From the sequence record NC_042100.1: a DNA stretch of 64,000 bases, one strand, 5' to 3'. Numbering within the stretch: position 1 is the stretch's first letter; every line of letters begins with the position of its first letter. Positions 56,038 to 64,000 of this stretch are shown in pieces. The notes under the pieces are model-generated. The model searched no databases. It was given only the letters and a program-made list of their open reading frames with translations, and had not been told where the DNA came from. The translations under genes and the position numbers were made by a program.

Positions 56038-56655
56038 GTGTTAATTAAGAAAATTGATAATGTGTTAGACCTACCTAAGATTAATGAAGGTTATCGCCGT
56101 GGGATGATAACCAATCAACAACTCGATGATTTGGTCTTGCCGGTTATAACCGTAGTGTCAGGTCCCGAACAACTGTTCTTTCACTTGGATAAAGAAGTCT
56201 GTTCAAACCCACAAGAGTCATTGAAACAACTAGTGTCAATCAATCGAGATTTCCGTTCAGCAGAAGTCTACGGTGAGTTCACACCAGAAGTAGTGTGCTT
56301 CCTTCGTGAAAATAACTACCACGTTAATTTGATCCCTTGTCCGTTATTCAGCAAAATCAAAAACTTGAACATTTATCGTGTGGACGATATTGAAGAGTTG
56401 GATTTCCAAGATCACGTCAGAATCGGAACGGTGTTGATGCATGAAGGGAAATTAATTTACCAGCAATCGGAAGAAGATTTAAATTCGGTGGATGCTGTGT
56501 TGGTTAGCCTTGATCCCATCTCCACGGTCTCGCATTTGTTGGAAATAGTAGACCTCATTTCCAATCGAGTGAAAAAGGCCAACGTTTACATTCAGTGTAG
56601 TAACGGACTTTCTAAGTTGATGACTGAAAAAGGTATGAAGCATTATGTCTACTAA
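56038..56655 (+). CDS. Hypothetical protein with two tandem ~100-aa alpha/beta domains
   Basis: GTG start, SD AAGGAG; the two halves end similarly (FLRENNYHV / LMTEKGMKHY). Confidence 0.7.
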   Translation: MLIKKIDNVLDLPKINEGYRRGMITNQQLDDLVLPVITVVSGPEQLFFHLDKEVCSNPQESLKQLVSINRDFRSAEVYGEFTPEVVCFLRENNYHVNLIPCPLFSKIKNLNIYRVDDIEELDFQDHVRIGTVLMHEGKLIYQQSEEDLNSVDAVLVSLDPISTVSHLLEIVDLISNRVKKANVYIQCSNGLSKLMTEKGMKHYVY

Positions 56656-56974
56656 CCTGAACATTTGGATTTACGATAACTTAAATCCTGACGATTATAA
56701 AGACGTACGGGCGTTTAACCGACAAGACTATGTTTATTGTCAAATGGAGTACGACACTCATTCTGAGGTTAGCCTTTACATGGGAGACACTCGAGATCAT
56801 CGAGTCCCAGTCGTAATAATGGAACAACTTAGACCTGAGGTGTTTCTTTCTCATCTAAATAAGTTGGCTGAACAAGAACGTGAACGCATTATTGTTTTTG
56901 TTCCGGACTATCCCGAATTACTGGAAGTCTTAGATAAAAACAATTATAACTACCACCCAGCAAGTGGGGATTAA
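56645..56974 (+). CDS. Single-domain paralogue of 56038, 109 aa
   Basis: NLNIWIYDNL vs NLNIYRVDDI; ends VLDKNNYNY. Confidence 0.7.
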   Translation: MSTNLNIWIYDNLNPDDYKDVRAFNRQDYVYCQMEYDTHSEVSLYMGDTRDHRVPVVIMEQLRPEVFLSHLNKLAEQERERIIVFVPDYPELLEVLDKNNYNYHPASGD

Positions 56975-56980
56975 TAGGTA

Positions 56981-57013
56981 AGTACTCTCCTCCCGTTAAG
57001 GGAGGAGAGTACT
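56981..57013. terminator. Bidirectional intrinsic terminator
   Basis: AGTACTCTCCTCCC-gttaa-GGGAGGAGAGTACT between convergent genes. Confidence 0.85.
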
Positions 57014-57035
57014 ATTATACCTGTTTTTTTTTTCT

Positions 57036-57671
57036 TCAGCTCTGAAGATTTCGAAGCTGTTCTTCTAACACAGCAATGTAAGCACGATCCAAGACTTGTT
57101 CTTCTTCTAACTGCTTAACACGAACCGCGTCAGAAGGGTCTTTGGTAATCGCTGCACGTCGTGTATTTTCAAACACTTCGTTTTGTTCTCTAGAAACATA
57201 AGACTTAGTCGGAACCGTTCCTAGATGAACTTCAGGTTCACTTATACCAGTGATAGCTGAAGTTTGATCTTTAAGGTAAGTTTGGAATGTTTTCAGTTCG
57301 TCTTTTAAAGATGGTGGAACCGCACCCAAATCGACGATGTAACATAAACGTTCGTACAATACTCCATCTAACAACGGGAAAGATTTAAAGTATGTAGAAG
57401 GGACATGGATAGTAGGAGCGCCGGCAGCAACCAAGGTGATTACTGCGCCGTCTTCATTATCCAGTTGTTCCATCAAAGACTTGGTGTCGCTGGAAGACAT
57501 CCCGACCGGCTCACCCACTAATAAGTAAGTGTTAACCTTAGCGATGTTAAGTTCGTCAACCGTTCGTATTGCTTCGACCGTATACATGTATTTAGGATCA
57601 CATATTTGGTCAAACGGAGATAACGCCACAAAAGAACCACTGACTCCAATTTGAGGAATCACATTACTCAT
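57036..57671 (-). CDS. Conserved phiKZ-like protein, probably virion-associated, 211 aa
   Basis: Overlaps the stop of the 442-aa gene; core-genome synteny. Confidence 0.55.
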   Translation of the reverse strand: MSNVIPQIGVSGSFVALSPFDQICDPKYMYTVEAIRTVDELNIAKVNTYLLVGEPVGMSSSDTKSLMEQLDNEDGAVITLVAAGAPTIHVPSTYFKSFPLLDGVLYERLCYIVDLGAVPPSLKDELKTFQTYLKDQTSAITGISEPEVHLGTVPTKSYVSREQNEVFENTRRAAITKDPSDAVRVKQLEEEQVLDRAYIAVLEEQLRNLQS

Positions 57672-58992
57672 CGATCACCCCGTCTTTTACCATCTGCCAC
57701 ATGGTTGGACATAAGTAGTTAACCTTACCAATACGTTTGGTCACGTACAAGAAACCATGACGTTCTAAACGCTTGATGCCCGCAGGCGGAATACCATCCG
57801 GGCGTACCTGTTCGGCTGCCGATAATAACGTTTCCATTTGCTTAATGAAGTCAAACGTTGTAGGTTCAACCCGACCGTTATCCACGTCAATAGTACTTAG
57901 GATCTGGTAATCTGGGACCACTTGTTTGATTTTCACTTTACCGCCGTAGTTATTTGGTTTAGCAACAAAAGAAACCAAAGTGTTATTATACATGAACGGT
58001 ACAGTTTGTAAGGATTTTATGAGGTCCTCGTTATTAACAGAAGGACAATACTTGGTGGGTAAGGCGAGTAAGGTTTCGTAATCACCGATAGGGGAGTACG
58101 TCGACGCTCTCTTAGTCTCGTTCGTGACACCGACCGTGTTCCAATATGGAATACAAGTAAACTCTAGTGGATTGAACAAATCAGGTAGGTGAGGTTCCCA
58201 AGTTGTTTCGTTGCTATCCGAGCTTGCTAGGATGGCTTCTTTAATAGCTTCGTAAATCTGCTCATCAGCGTCAGTGGCATTGCCATAAATGATGACGGTA
58301 AAGTAAATGGGTACGGATACACCATTCGTGGTGTCGATGAATTCAAACTTTATTGGTCTACGCGCAGTATACGGGTATTTCTGACCAACTGTCAATTCGT
58401 TAACACGTTCCTGAACTTTTTCAGCGGTTTCTTGACGTAGACGTTCTTCTATATCTAGATGACTGTGTACGAGCAAGTAATCCATTTGTTCAGGTGGTAG
58501 GGGTAGCGCTACTAGGACCTCGCGGTAAGGGTAGCCGGATTCGAAGTGTCCCGTTGCATACCAAATGCGTGCGGTTACCGGATCCGTAGTTGGGAATGTC
58601 ATTTCCACATAAGACGGTAGGTAAATCGCGCTGTTCGTTACCATTTCACCGACGCTAACAATTTCAATATCTTTTGTGAAAGTGGCTCGGAGCTGTTGCA
58701 GGCATTCTTGAGCGTTTTGGTTCAAGTTACCTTTCTTACCTTGGTCTAATAACCATACGGTGATTTCATTCTGACGATCGATCAGCGCTTGGTCTAAATA
58801 GACCTCTTCGCCTTCAAGATTTTTAGAATAGAAGTTGATTAAAGTACAGACACCATTCGACTCCACGTAGGAGTTAGGGTCTTTGCTAAACGTCATCTCT
58901 TGTCCGGTAAGTTCACCGATAGGAGACGTCATCAAAGGGTGTCGATCATGGAGTTCCGGAATACTTCCGAACGATAAGAAATTAACAGGCAT
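57664..58992 (-). CDS. Virion structural protein (phiKZ gp157-like), 442 aa
   Basis: SPIGELT...TFSKD and LPDLFNPLEFTCIPYW segments; position two genes from the RNase H-fold gene as recalled for phiKZ. Confidence 0.55.
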   Translation of the reverse strand: MPVNFLSFGSIPELHDRHPLMTSPIGELTGQEMTFSKDPNSYVESNGVCTLINFYSKNLEGEEVYLDQALIDRQNEITVWLLDQGKKGNLNQNAQECLQQLRATFTKDIEIVSVGEMVTNSAIYLPSYVEMTFPTTDPVTARIWYATGHFESGYPYREVLVALPLPPEQMDYLLVHSHLDIEERLRQETAEKVQERVNELTVGQKYPYTARRPIKFEFIDTTNGVSVPIYFTVIIYGNATDADEQIYEAIKEAILASSDSNETTWEPHLPDLFNPLEFTCIPYWNTVGVTNETKRASTYSPIGDYETLLALPTKYCPSVNNEDLIKSLQTVPFMYNNTLVSFVAKPNNYGGKVKIKQVVPDYQILSTIDVDNGRVEPTTFDFIKQMETLLSAAEQVRPDGIPPAGIKRLERHGFLYVTKRIGKVNYLCPTMWQMVKDGVIDE

Positions 58993-59023
58993 AATAGTTT
59001 CCCACTAATAAAAACAATAAGGT

Positions 59024-59464
59024 GTGTTAGCGATGTTTATAGTTCTACAAGAACTGGCGGACCGTTTCATAGAATCCGTGATCCCAAAGGTTCAAGGAGA
59101 GACATACGAAGAAAAGATAAGAGTGGTATTACGGTGGGCGATCTTCTACTCTACCATCGTGACGTGGTTGTTGTTTGGTCTAGGCATTCAATACACCCAC
59201 ACGTTGTTAAAGAAGCAAGAATGGAAGGAAACCAGTGCGGTTATCCAACAAATCTTTGCGGTGGAAGACAACCCGTTAAAGTCATTCGTGACCATTAACC
59301 GAGGTTTAACCGCCCGCCTCGAGACCATTCAGGACGAACACATCGCGATTTTAAAAGAACGTGCAGTATTGGCTAGAGATAATGAAAGGTTAACTCGAGA
59401 AAATATTCAGCTTAAACGTTTAATAGAGTCTAAACAGTGTTCTATTCAGAATGAGAAACCTTAA
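59024..59464 (+). CDS. Membrane-anchored coiled-coil protein, 146 aa
   Basis: GTG start; TM VVLRWAIFYSTIVTWLLFGLGI; C-terminal heptads. Confidence 0.65.
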   Translation: MLAMFIVLQELADRFIESVIPKVQGETYEEKIRVVLRWAIFYSTIVTWLLFGLGIQYTHTLLKKQEWKETSAVIQQIFAVEDNPLKSFVTINRGLTARLETIQDEHIAILKERAVLARDNERLTRENIQLKRLIESKQCSIQNEKP

Positions 59465-59468
59465 TAAC

Positions 59469-59502
59469 ATACCGGACTGTTCCTTCGGGGACGGTCCGGT
59501 AT
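59469..59502 (+). terminator. UUCG intrinsic terminator
   Basis: ATACCGGACTGTTCC-ttcg-GGGACGGTCCGGTAT followed by ATTT. Confidence 0.85.
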
Positions 59503-59521
59503 ATTTCCACCCGGGTGCAGA

Positions 59522-59532
59522 TATATAGGTTA
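59522..59532 (+). promoter_or_regulatory. Candidate middle-class promoter element, copy 1
   Basis: TATATAGGTTA, identical to 61952-61962. Confidence 0.4.
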
Positions 59533-59556
59533 TCAATATAAACTAGTGGTATCGAG

Positions 59557-61089
59557 ATGACAACATTGAAAAAGAACATGGTGGTTTACATTGGAGTTGG
59601 AACCACCACCTTCAAGAAAACACGTCGCAAGCCGGAAACGAAATTATTCCATGCGGCGTTACACGGGTACACTTACAACCCGGAAGTTGAAGGTAAGAAA
59701 CAATTAAAGAAAAACGTACCAGCTACGATGGGTTATTGGACGAGCTCTACCACTACCTCAGGCATTGTGGTAAATCAACAAGACATTATTTCTGGTTATT
59801 CTTCGAGTTGTTCAGAAGAAGCCGAAGCTTGGGTAACGTTATTAGAGCAACTTCAAAGTTACGTATCTTCTGTGACGAAAGAGATCGTAGTTGAGAAGAA
59901 AGAAGAAAAAGAATACGATGTGGAATGGACTCGTATTTTGTTTATTCCGGATTCTCCGTTCTTCTATCGCTTAATGGAAATGACCGAAAGTCGTAAAGGT
60001 CAGTTAAGTGACGAGCTATTTAAACGTGTTCGTTCTCTGCAAGATTTCTTTAACCCATACATGCCGACCAGTAAGTCAACGGATGTACGTGTGGCGTTTG
60101 TTAAAGGGGGACTGGGTGCTAAGCGTTTAGGTGAAGAACTCGGTTTGTCTGATGTGATGACTCTCTGGGGTGACAACCAAGAGTGTTACGTCGTCAGCAC
60201 ACCGGTAAAAGAGTACGAGAACCCAGAAACGGGATTACCGAAGATCATTAGCGGAAACCGTTGGTATTTCCGCACCGGTAAAGGTACCGATTACTGGGAT
60301 GAAATCGAAGGTCATCGTCGTTACCAATTCGGTAAGGTCGAGAAAGGTAAACATTACTACGGGAAATTAACGCCTGACGTGACCTACAGCGCGTTGTTTG
60401 TTAAAGAACCTATTCCTTACTTCGATAAACTTTACAACTTCACAGAGCAGCGCACAGAGAACCCTAGAGAGCTAATGTGTACCGGGAACATGCAGTATGT
60501 GACCAGTAAAGGGGTGGCGCGTTTGATCGACACTTATCCCGGGGTTCGTAAAGGTAAAGATTTAGTCGTGCCTTTTGTGGTAGGGACTAAAGAAGACCCT
60601 ACGTTAATCGAACTTATCGACCCACCGGGTTTGTCGTTCATGATCGTTGAGTCTATGGATCGCATTGATTTAACTTTCCGTTGTTGGCGTAATCGTGATG
60701 AAAATAACTGTTATGGTGAATACCAAGAGTATTTTGACATCACTGATCGTTTCTTCGTAAAAGAAGAAAACAAAAAGAAAGAGATCAAGGTTAAACTACA
60801 TCCCGATTTTAAATCTAACGAGGCAGTGATTCGTCATACGGCCAAGCACCCTAAAGCAGTGTGTCCGGTCCCGATCATGTTGAGTGTGGGTTACGATGTT
60901 CCTGAACGCAACTGCTTTAACTCGATTACGGACCCAGAAGTAAAGGTGTGGTTAAACTTAGACTACAGTAATGATCGTTGTTTGATCTACCGCACCATCA
61001 TTGAAACCTCCGATTGGGTGTATGTCTTCACGTCTGCTTCTGCAAATGTACGGGTGCTGAACAAAAAGGAATTGGGTGAAAATAAATAA
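59557..61089 (+). CDS. Jumbo-phage RNase H-fold protein (phiKZ gp155-like), active site degenerate, 510 aa
   Basis: Family features HGYTY, PATMGY, EAE and PDS are present, but the first catalytic YxDG reads YIGV and WVKGH..NE.AD reads FVKGGLGAKRL. Confidence 0.6.
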   Translation: MTTLKKNMVVYIGVGTTTFKKTRRKPETKLFHAALHGYTYNPEVEGKKQLKKNVPATMGYWTSSTTTSGIVVNQQDIISGYSSSCSEEAEAWVTLLEQLQSYVSSVTKEIVVEKKEEKEYDVEWTRILFIPDSPFFYRLMEMTESRKGQLSDELFKRVRSLQDFFNPYMPTSKSTDVRVAFVKGGLGAKRLGEELGLSDVMTLWGDNQECYVVSTPVKEYENPETGLPKIISGNRWYFRTGKGTDYWDEIEGHRRYQFGKVEKGKHYYGKLTPDVTYSALFVKEPIPYFDKLYNFTEQRTENPRELMCTGNMQYVTSKGVARLIDTYPGVRKGKDLVVPFVVGTKEDPTLIELIDPPGLSFMIVESMDRIDLTFRCWRNRDENNCYGEYQEYFDITDRFFVKEENKKKEIKVKLHPDFKSNEAVIRHTAKHPKAVCPVPIMLSVGYDVPERNCFNSITDPEVKVWLNLDYSNDRCLIYRTIIETSDWVYVFTSASANVRVLNKKELGENK

Positions 61090-61093
61090 AAGT

Positions 61094-61115
61094 GAGGTAG
61101 GGATTACCCTACCTC
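61094..61115. terminator. Bidirectional intrinsic terminator
   Basis: GAGGTAGGG-atta-CCCTACCTC with A-rich and T-rich flanks between convergent genes. Confidence 0.8.
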
Positions 61116-61127
61116 CTTATTTTTGAT

Positions 61128-61937
61128 TTACCAACTCTGAACGGCATCACAATGACCTTTAAAGACCGCCGATAGTTCGTTCAATAAACCGATGGTTGCG
61201 CCAGTAACGTTCATGTAACGTTCAAACTCATCAAAGGTTTCTTTGAATTGGTTGATTTCACGTTCGCTTAAAACAATGTCGCTGGACAAAATACGACTTA
61301 ATACGACTTCCGCAAGTTCAGCGTTCAGCTTCAACTGACGAGCGATGATCTCAGCATCGCGTGCTTTAATCATTTTCACACGAAGGTTGAAGTCATTAAT
61401 AAGTGCAAACATACTACCGAACGACGGGTACAAAGTTTCCAGTGACACCTGCTGAGTTCTCTTAGGGTCACCTAGAGATTTAATGAACTTATCGATTTCA
61501 TTAATGTGTTGTGAAGTCCCAGAGATCGTATGACGATAAGTTGTTCCCACCTTACCTTTGGCTGCGATTTCTTTTAACCAACCGTAGAACTTCACTGAAT
61601 CGGTTTTAAACCCGTCCATTAAGGAAACTCCAGCCATGCAGTTTTTAACGTACTGATCCCACGTCATTGTACGTTCATTAAAGTGAACCGGCACACCCAT
61701 TTGCTTATCCACTTTAGATAGGTAGCTCAATTTATTAGCTTTAGCTTGCGCGCGTTTATAATCTACGGTGTGGATAGACCCAGACATCCCTGAGATCTTT
61801 CGATCTAATTCCAAAGACAGGCTGCTAAGACGTAATCGGAATCCTTCAATAGGTGTTAAAAACTTAGGGATACCGAATGCTTCATTTCCGTCCACTGCAC
61901 CATTTGAGCGTAGACGTTCCAAGTAATAATTTTCCAT
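61128..61937 (-). CDS. Virion structural protein (phiKZ gp153-like), 269 aa
   Basis: Start moved to MENYY (SD AAAGG); GNEAF resembles an S/A/G-X-E head-protease site; divergent from UvsX. Confidence 0.55.
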   Translation of the reverse strand: MENYYLERLRSNGAVDGNEAFGIPKFLTPIEGFRLRLSSLSLELDRKISGMSGSIHTVDYKRAQAKANKLSYLSKVDKQMGVPVHFNERTMTWDQYVKNCMAGVSLMDGFKTDSVKFYGWLKEIAAKGKVGTTYRHTISGTSQHINEIDKFIKSLGDPKRTQQVSLETLYPSFGSMFALINDFNLRVKMIKARDAEIIARQLKLNAELAEVVLSRILSSDIVLSEREINQFKETFDEFERYMNVTGATIGLLNELSAVFKGHCDAVQSW

Positions 61938-61951
61938 GACTGTAATGCCTT

Positions 61952-61962
61952 TATATAGGTTA
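61952..61962 (+). promoter_or_regulatory. Candidate middle-class promoter element, copy 2
   Basis: TATATAGGTTA, 31 nt upstream of uvsX. Confidence 0.4.
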
Positions 61963-61993
61963 ACTAACATAAAATTCAAAAACAGAGGTACAT

Positions 61994-63430
61994 ATGTCCG
62001 CCGCTTTTAATTTCGTCAAAAAAATCGAATCTTCAGAATCGATTCAAATTGGCTTGAACTTTTCTCCTATCTACGACATTAACAATGGTCGTTTCTTTAT
62101 TGGTAAAGATGACCTTGCTTATTGTAATGGTGGTGTGACTCCCAACAACGCCATTGCGGGTGGTTCGAATACCCAGAAAACAGGTATGTTGATCTTAAGC
62201 TGTTTAAGCTTCCTAGAGCGCATCCCACAAGGCATTATCATTTACGGTGATACCGAAGCTACCCTAGACATCGGTCGTCTATCAGAAGCCGTAGACGCAC
62301 GTTTTGGTGAACCGGGTTACTTTAGCCGTGAAATCTTAAATAAACGATTCATTTACTTAAGTTCCAATGATGGATACGACGGCACTCAGTTACACAATCT
62401 TATCAAAGAAGCTTACAAAGAATTCCAAGAGTCTAAAGGTGATAAGTCTCGTTACATCGAAACTCCGTTCTACGATAAGTCAGGTAAGTTGATTTCTATC
62501 TACACTCCTATCATGGTGATCACTGACTCACTAGGTGAGCTTCGCTTTAATGAAGCATCGGTTAAGTTCCAAGAAGGTGATGTGGATGAGGGTGGTAAGA
62601 AACGTACTCGTGATATGGAATTCGGTAACTTAAAACGTATCGTATTCGAAGATGCTCACCACCTAGGTGGAGTCGCCGGTCTTAAACTTTGGTGGGTCGG
62701 ACAAACTACTGACGTCATCAACATGGATGGTAAACCCCAAGAAAAACAATCGACCTTTATCCGTCAAGGTAAAAAGATCGCTAAGTGTCCTAAAGCCATC
62801 TTACAGCTTCCTGCTCAAGGTTACGAAATCATTCGTGGTTCTGCTCTTAAATCCGACCAACAATGGATGTACCCTAACCCGTTAGGTCGTGATGTCATTA
62901 TCGACGCCGATGCTCGTGAAAACCCGGATTTATTATCCTACGCTTACACCATGTTCCGTAACAAAGGTGGGTCTTCTGGTATCAGTGGTACATTCATCGG
63001 TTCTCAGTCAGACGGCATTCAAGAAGGTCTATCGATGTACCATGCGTTAAAGACCAACGGTTACTTTGGTCTAGACGGTTCTAAGGTATCTCATGAGTGT
63101 ACATTCCTGCCGGGAGTTAAAGTGGGTCGTACGACGGTTCGCAGTGTTATCGCTAAGAACCATAAGTTCTACCGTGCCATCACACTGATGTATCACATCA
63201 TGGTCATGCAACGTCAGTGGTTACGCCTTCCAGATCAATACCGCATGACTCCGGAAGAAATTTACAAAGCCGTTAAAGAGAAAGGTTTCGATTGGGATGA
63301 GTTATTAGACTCCGTAGATTTCTGGCACACCAACCCAGACATCGACAAACCAACTATCACGGCGATGCAAATCTTCCGCCTAGCAACCGGCGAATCAACA
63401 GCGACTGGTCGCCCACCTAAGAAAAAGTAA
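61994..63430 (+). CDS. uvsX: UvsX/RecA-like recombinase (phiKZ gp152-like)
   Basis: Variant P-loop GGSNTQKT, YGDTEATL, Walker B-like MVITDSL; 478-aa size typical of the jumbo-phage family. Confidence 0.85.
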   Translation: MSAAFNFVKKIESSESIQIGLNFSPIYDINNGRFFIGKDDLAYCNGGVTPNNAIAGGSNTQKTGMLILSCLSFLERIPQGIIIYGDTEATLDIGRLSEAVDARFGEPGYFSREILNKRFIYLSSNDGYDGTQLHNLIKEAYKEFQESKGDKSRYIETPFYDKSGKLISIYTPIMVITDSLGELRFNEASVKFQEGDVDEGGKKRTRDMEFGNLKRIVFEDAHHLGGVAGLKLWWVGQTTDVINMDGKPQEKQSTFIRQGKKIAKCPKAILQLPAQGYEIIRGSALKSDQQWMYPNPLGRDVIIDADARENPDLLSYAYTMFRNKGGSSGISGTFIGSQSDGIQEGLSMYHALKTNGYFGLDGSKVSHECTFLPGVKVGRTTVRSVIAKNHKFYRAITLMYHIMVMQRQWLRLPDQYRMTPEEIYKAVKEKGFDWDELLDSVDFWHTNPDIDKPTITAMQIFRLATGESTATGRPPKKK

Positions 63431-63439
63431 TTTAAATAT

Positions 63440-63462
63440 TATGGGGGTGGTTCGCCACCCTC
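63440..63462 (+). promoter_or_regulatory. TATG motif with flush UUCG stem-loop (terminator of uvsX and/or late start)
   Basis: TATG, then from its G: GGGGGTGG-ttcg-CCACCCTC, followed by TTTTT. Confidence 0.55.
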
Positions 63463-63489
63463 TTTTTAAGAATTTGGAGAATAACAACA

Positions 63490-63855
63490 ATGTCAGTGAA
63501 CACACAAAACATCCTTATCATCTGCGATTCTGGGTTTGATAAATTATGTTCTAACCCTGAGGATTACGTCAGTCGGCTAAAACAAGTGGTAACTGGTCGA
63601 ACAGGGACTGATTGTGAGTTAAATACGGTTAGTGGTAAATATGGTTTAGGTAACATCGATGCAGAGATCAACGTCTTAGAGATCGAAGATCGCAATAAAA
63701 CCTCTTTTGTTCAGACCATTGAAAACCTAGCCGACCGCACTAACGAATTAATCATCATTTCAATCATGGATCACGACGCTCACATCGAAGCACTAGCTTC
63801 TGCATTGAGTGAACGCTGTATCACCATTCGTCGTTATAAGTACGAGAGGAAATAA
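63490..63855 (+). CDS. Hypothetical alpha/beta protein, 121 aa
   Basis: SD GGAG; Rossmann-like alternation (NILIICDSG..NTVSGKYG..LIIISI). Confidence 0.7.
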   Translation: MSVNTQNILIICDSGFDKLCSNPEDYVSRLKQVVTGRTGTDCELNTVSGKYGLGNIDAEINVLEIEDRNKTSFVQTIENLADRTNELIIISIMDHDAHIEALASALSERCITIRRYKYERK

Positions 63856-63856
63856 C

Positions 63857-64000
63857 ATGGCAGAACGTAACCGTAAGCAAGCTGAAAAATACTGGCTTAC
63901 GTTAATGAAAGAAATCACCAAGGGTGGTTATAACTATACAGTTTATCGCTCGTTGTTTGATAAACTCACTGATGATCAGTTTGAAGAGTTTATAGTAAAA
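63857..64000 (+). CDS. N-terminus of a probable virion RNA polymerase subunit (phiKZ gp149-like), partial
   Basis: Not in the track. MAERNRKQAEKYWLTLMKEITKGGYNYTVYRSLFDKLTDDQFEEFIVK, SD GAGG; fits the recalled RK.AE....Y..LF..M/L.D..F..F N-terminus and position near UvsX. Confidence 0.5.
   Translation, partial: MAERNRKQAEKYWLTLMKEITKGGYNYTVYRSLFDKLTDDQFEEFIVK

Noticed and set aside
3994-62885. Numerous short antisense or alternate-frame ORFs inside long genes (e.g. 6021-6323, 19347-19688, 50649-50990, 53132-53449)
   Set aside because: Fully nested in well-supported genes, Ser/Leu-rich shadow composition, no start signals.
63490-63855. SLOG/YspA-like assignment
   Set aside because: Only a generic Rossmann-like pattern; the GSR and GGAxGAD motifs are absent.
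1-64000. Stop-codon reassignment, introns or inteins
   Set aside because: Standard code 11 gives dense, full-length ORFs. Ligase, SbcC, helicase, GroEL and UvsX have normal sizes, and no intein C1/HN or homing-endonuclease motifs were noticed.
1-64000. tRNA, rRNA, integrase or IS elements
   Set aside because: Intergenic gaps are short, and none showed a cloverleaf with T-arm/CCA or terminal inverted repeats with a transposase; manual inspection only.

Overview
A 64-kb segment of a lytic phiKZ-like jumbo phage. Gene content, synteny and promoter motifs match the nucleus-forming Chimalliviridae-type phages; a Vibrio-type host is plausible but cannot be shown from this window. Layout: (i) 1-20.2 kb, virion and lysis genes: portal (partial, missed by the ORF track), baseplate proteins, RuvC-like resolvase, holin-like protein, i-/o-spanin pair, four paralogous tail-fibre proteins and a central spike with an HxH tip; (ii) 20.2-36.1 kb, DNA metabolism and accessory genes: SbcC ATPase, HAD nucleotidase, NAD-dependent ligase, triple-AraC protein, RNase HI, Acb1-like 2H phosphoesterase, a catalytically degenerate thymidylate synthase, GroEL, thymidine kinase; (iii) 36.1-41.9 kb, Ig-domain virion proteins up to 1508 aa; (iv) 42-57 kb, two putative early blocks of domain-shuffled orphan paralogues flanking an SF2 helicase; (v) 57-64 kb, conserved core: virion proteins, degenerate RNase H-fold protein, UvsX and the start of a probable virion RNAP subunit. 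Non-coding highlights: four copies of an 18-nt early-promoter-like motif (TCTATATYAYNNNRGTGT), four TATG late-promoter-like motifs whose G is the first base of a GC-rich stem-loop, a shared TATATAGGTTA upstream of two DNA-metabolism genes, and many intrinsic terminators. No tRNA, rRNA, CRISPR, integrase or transposase was seen. All family assignments come from manual motif recognition, not database searches.
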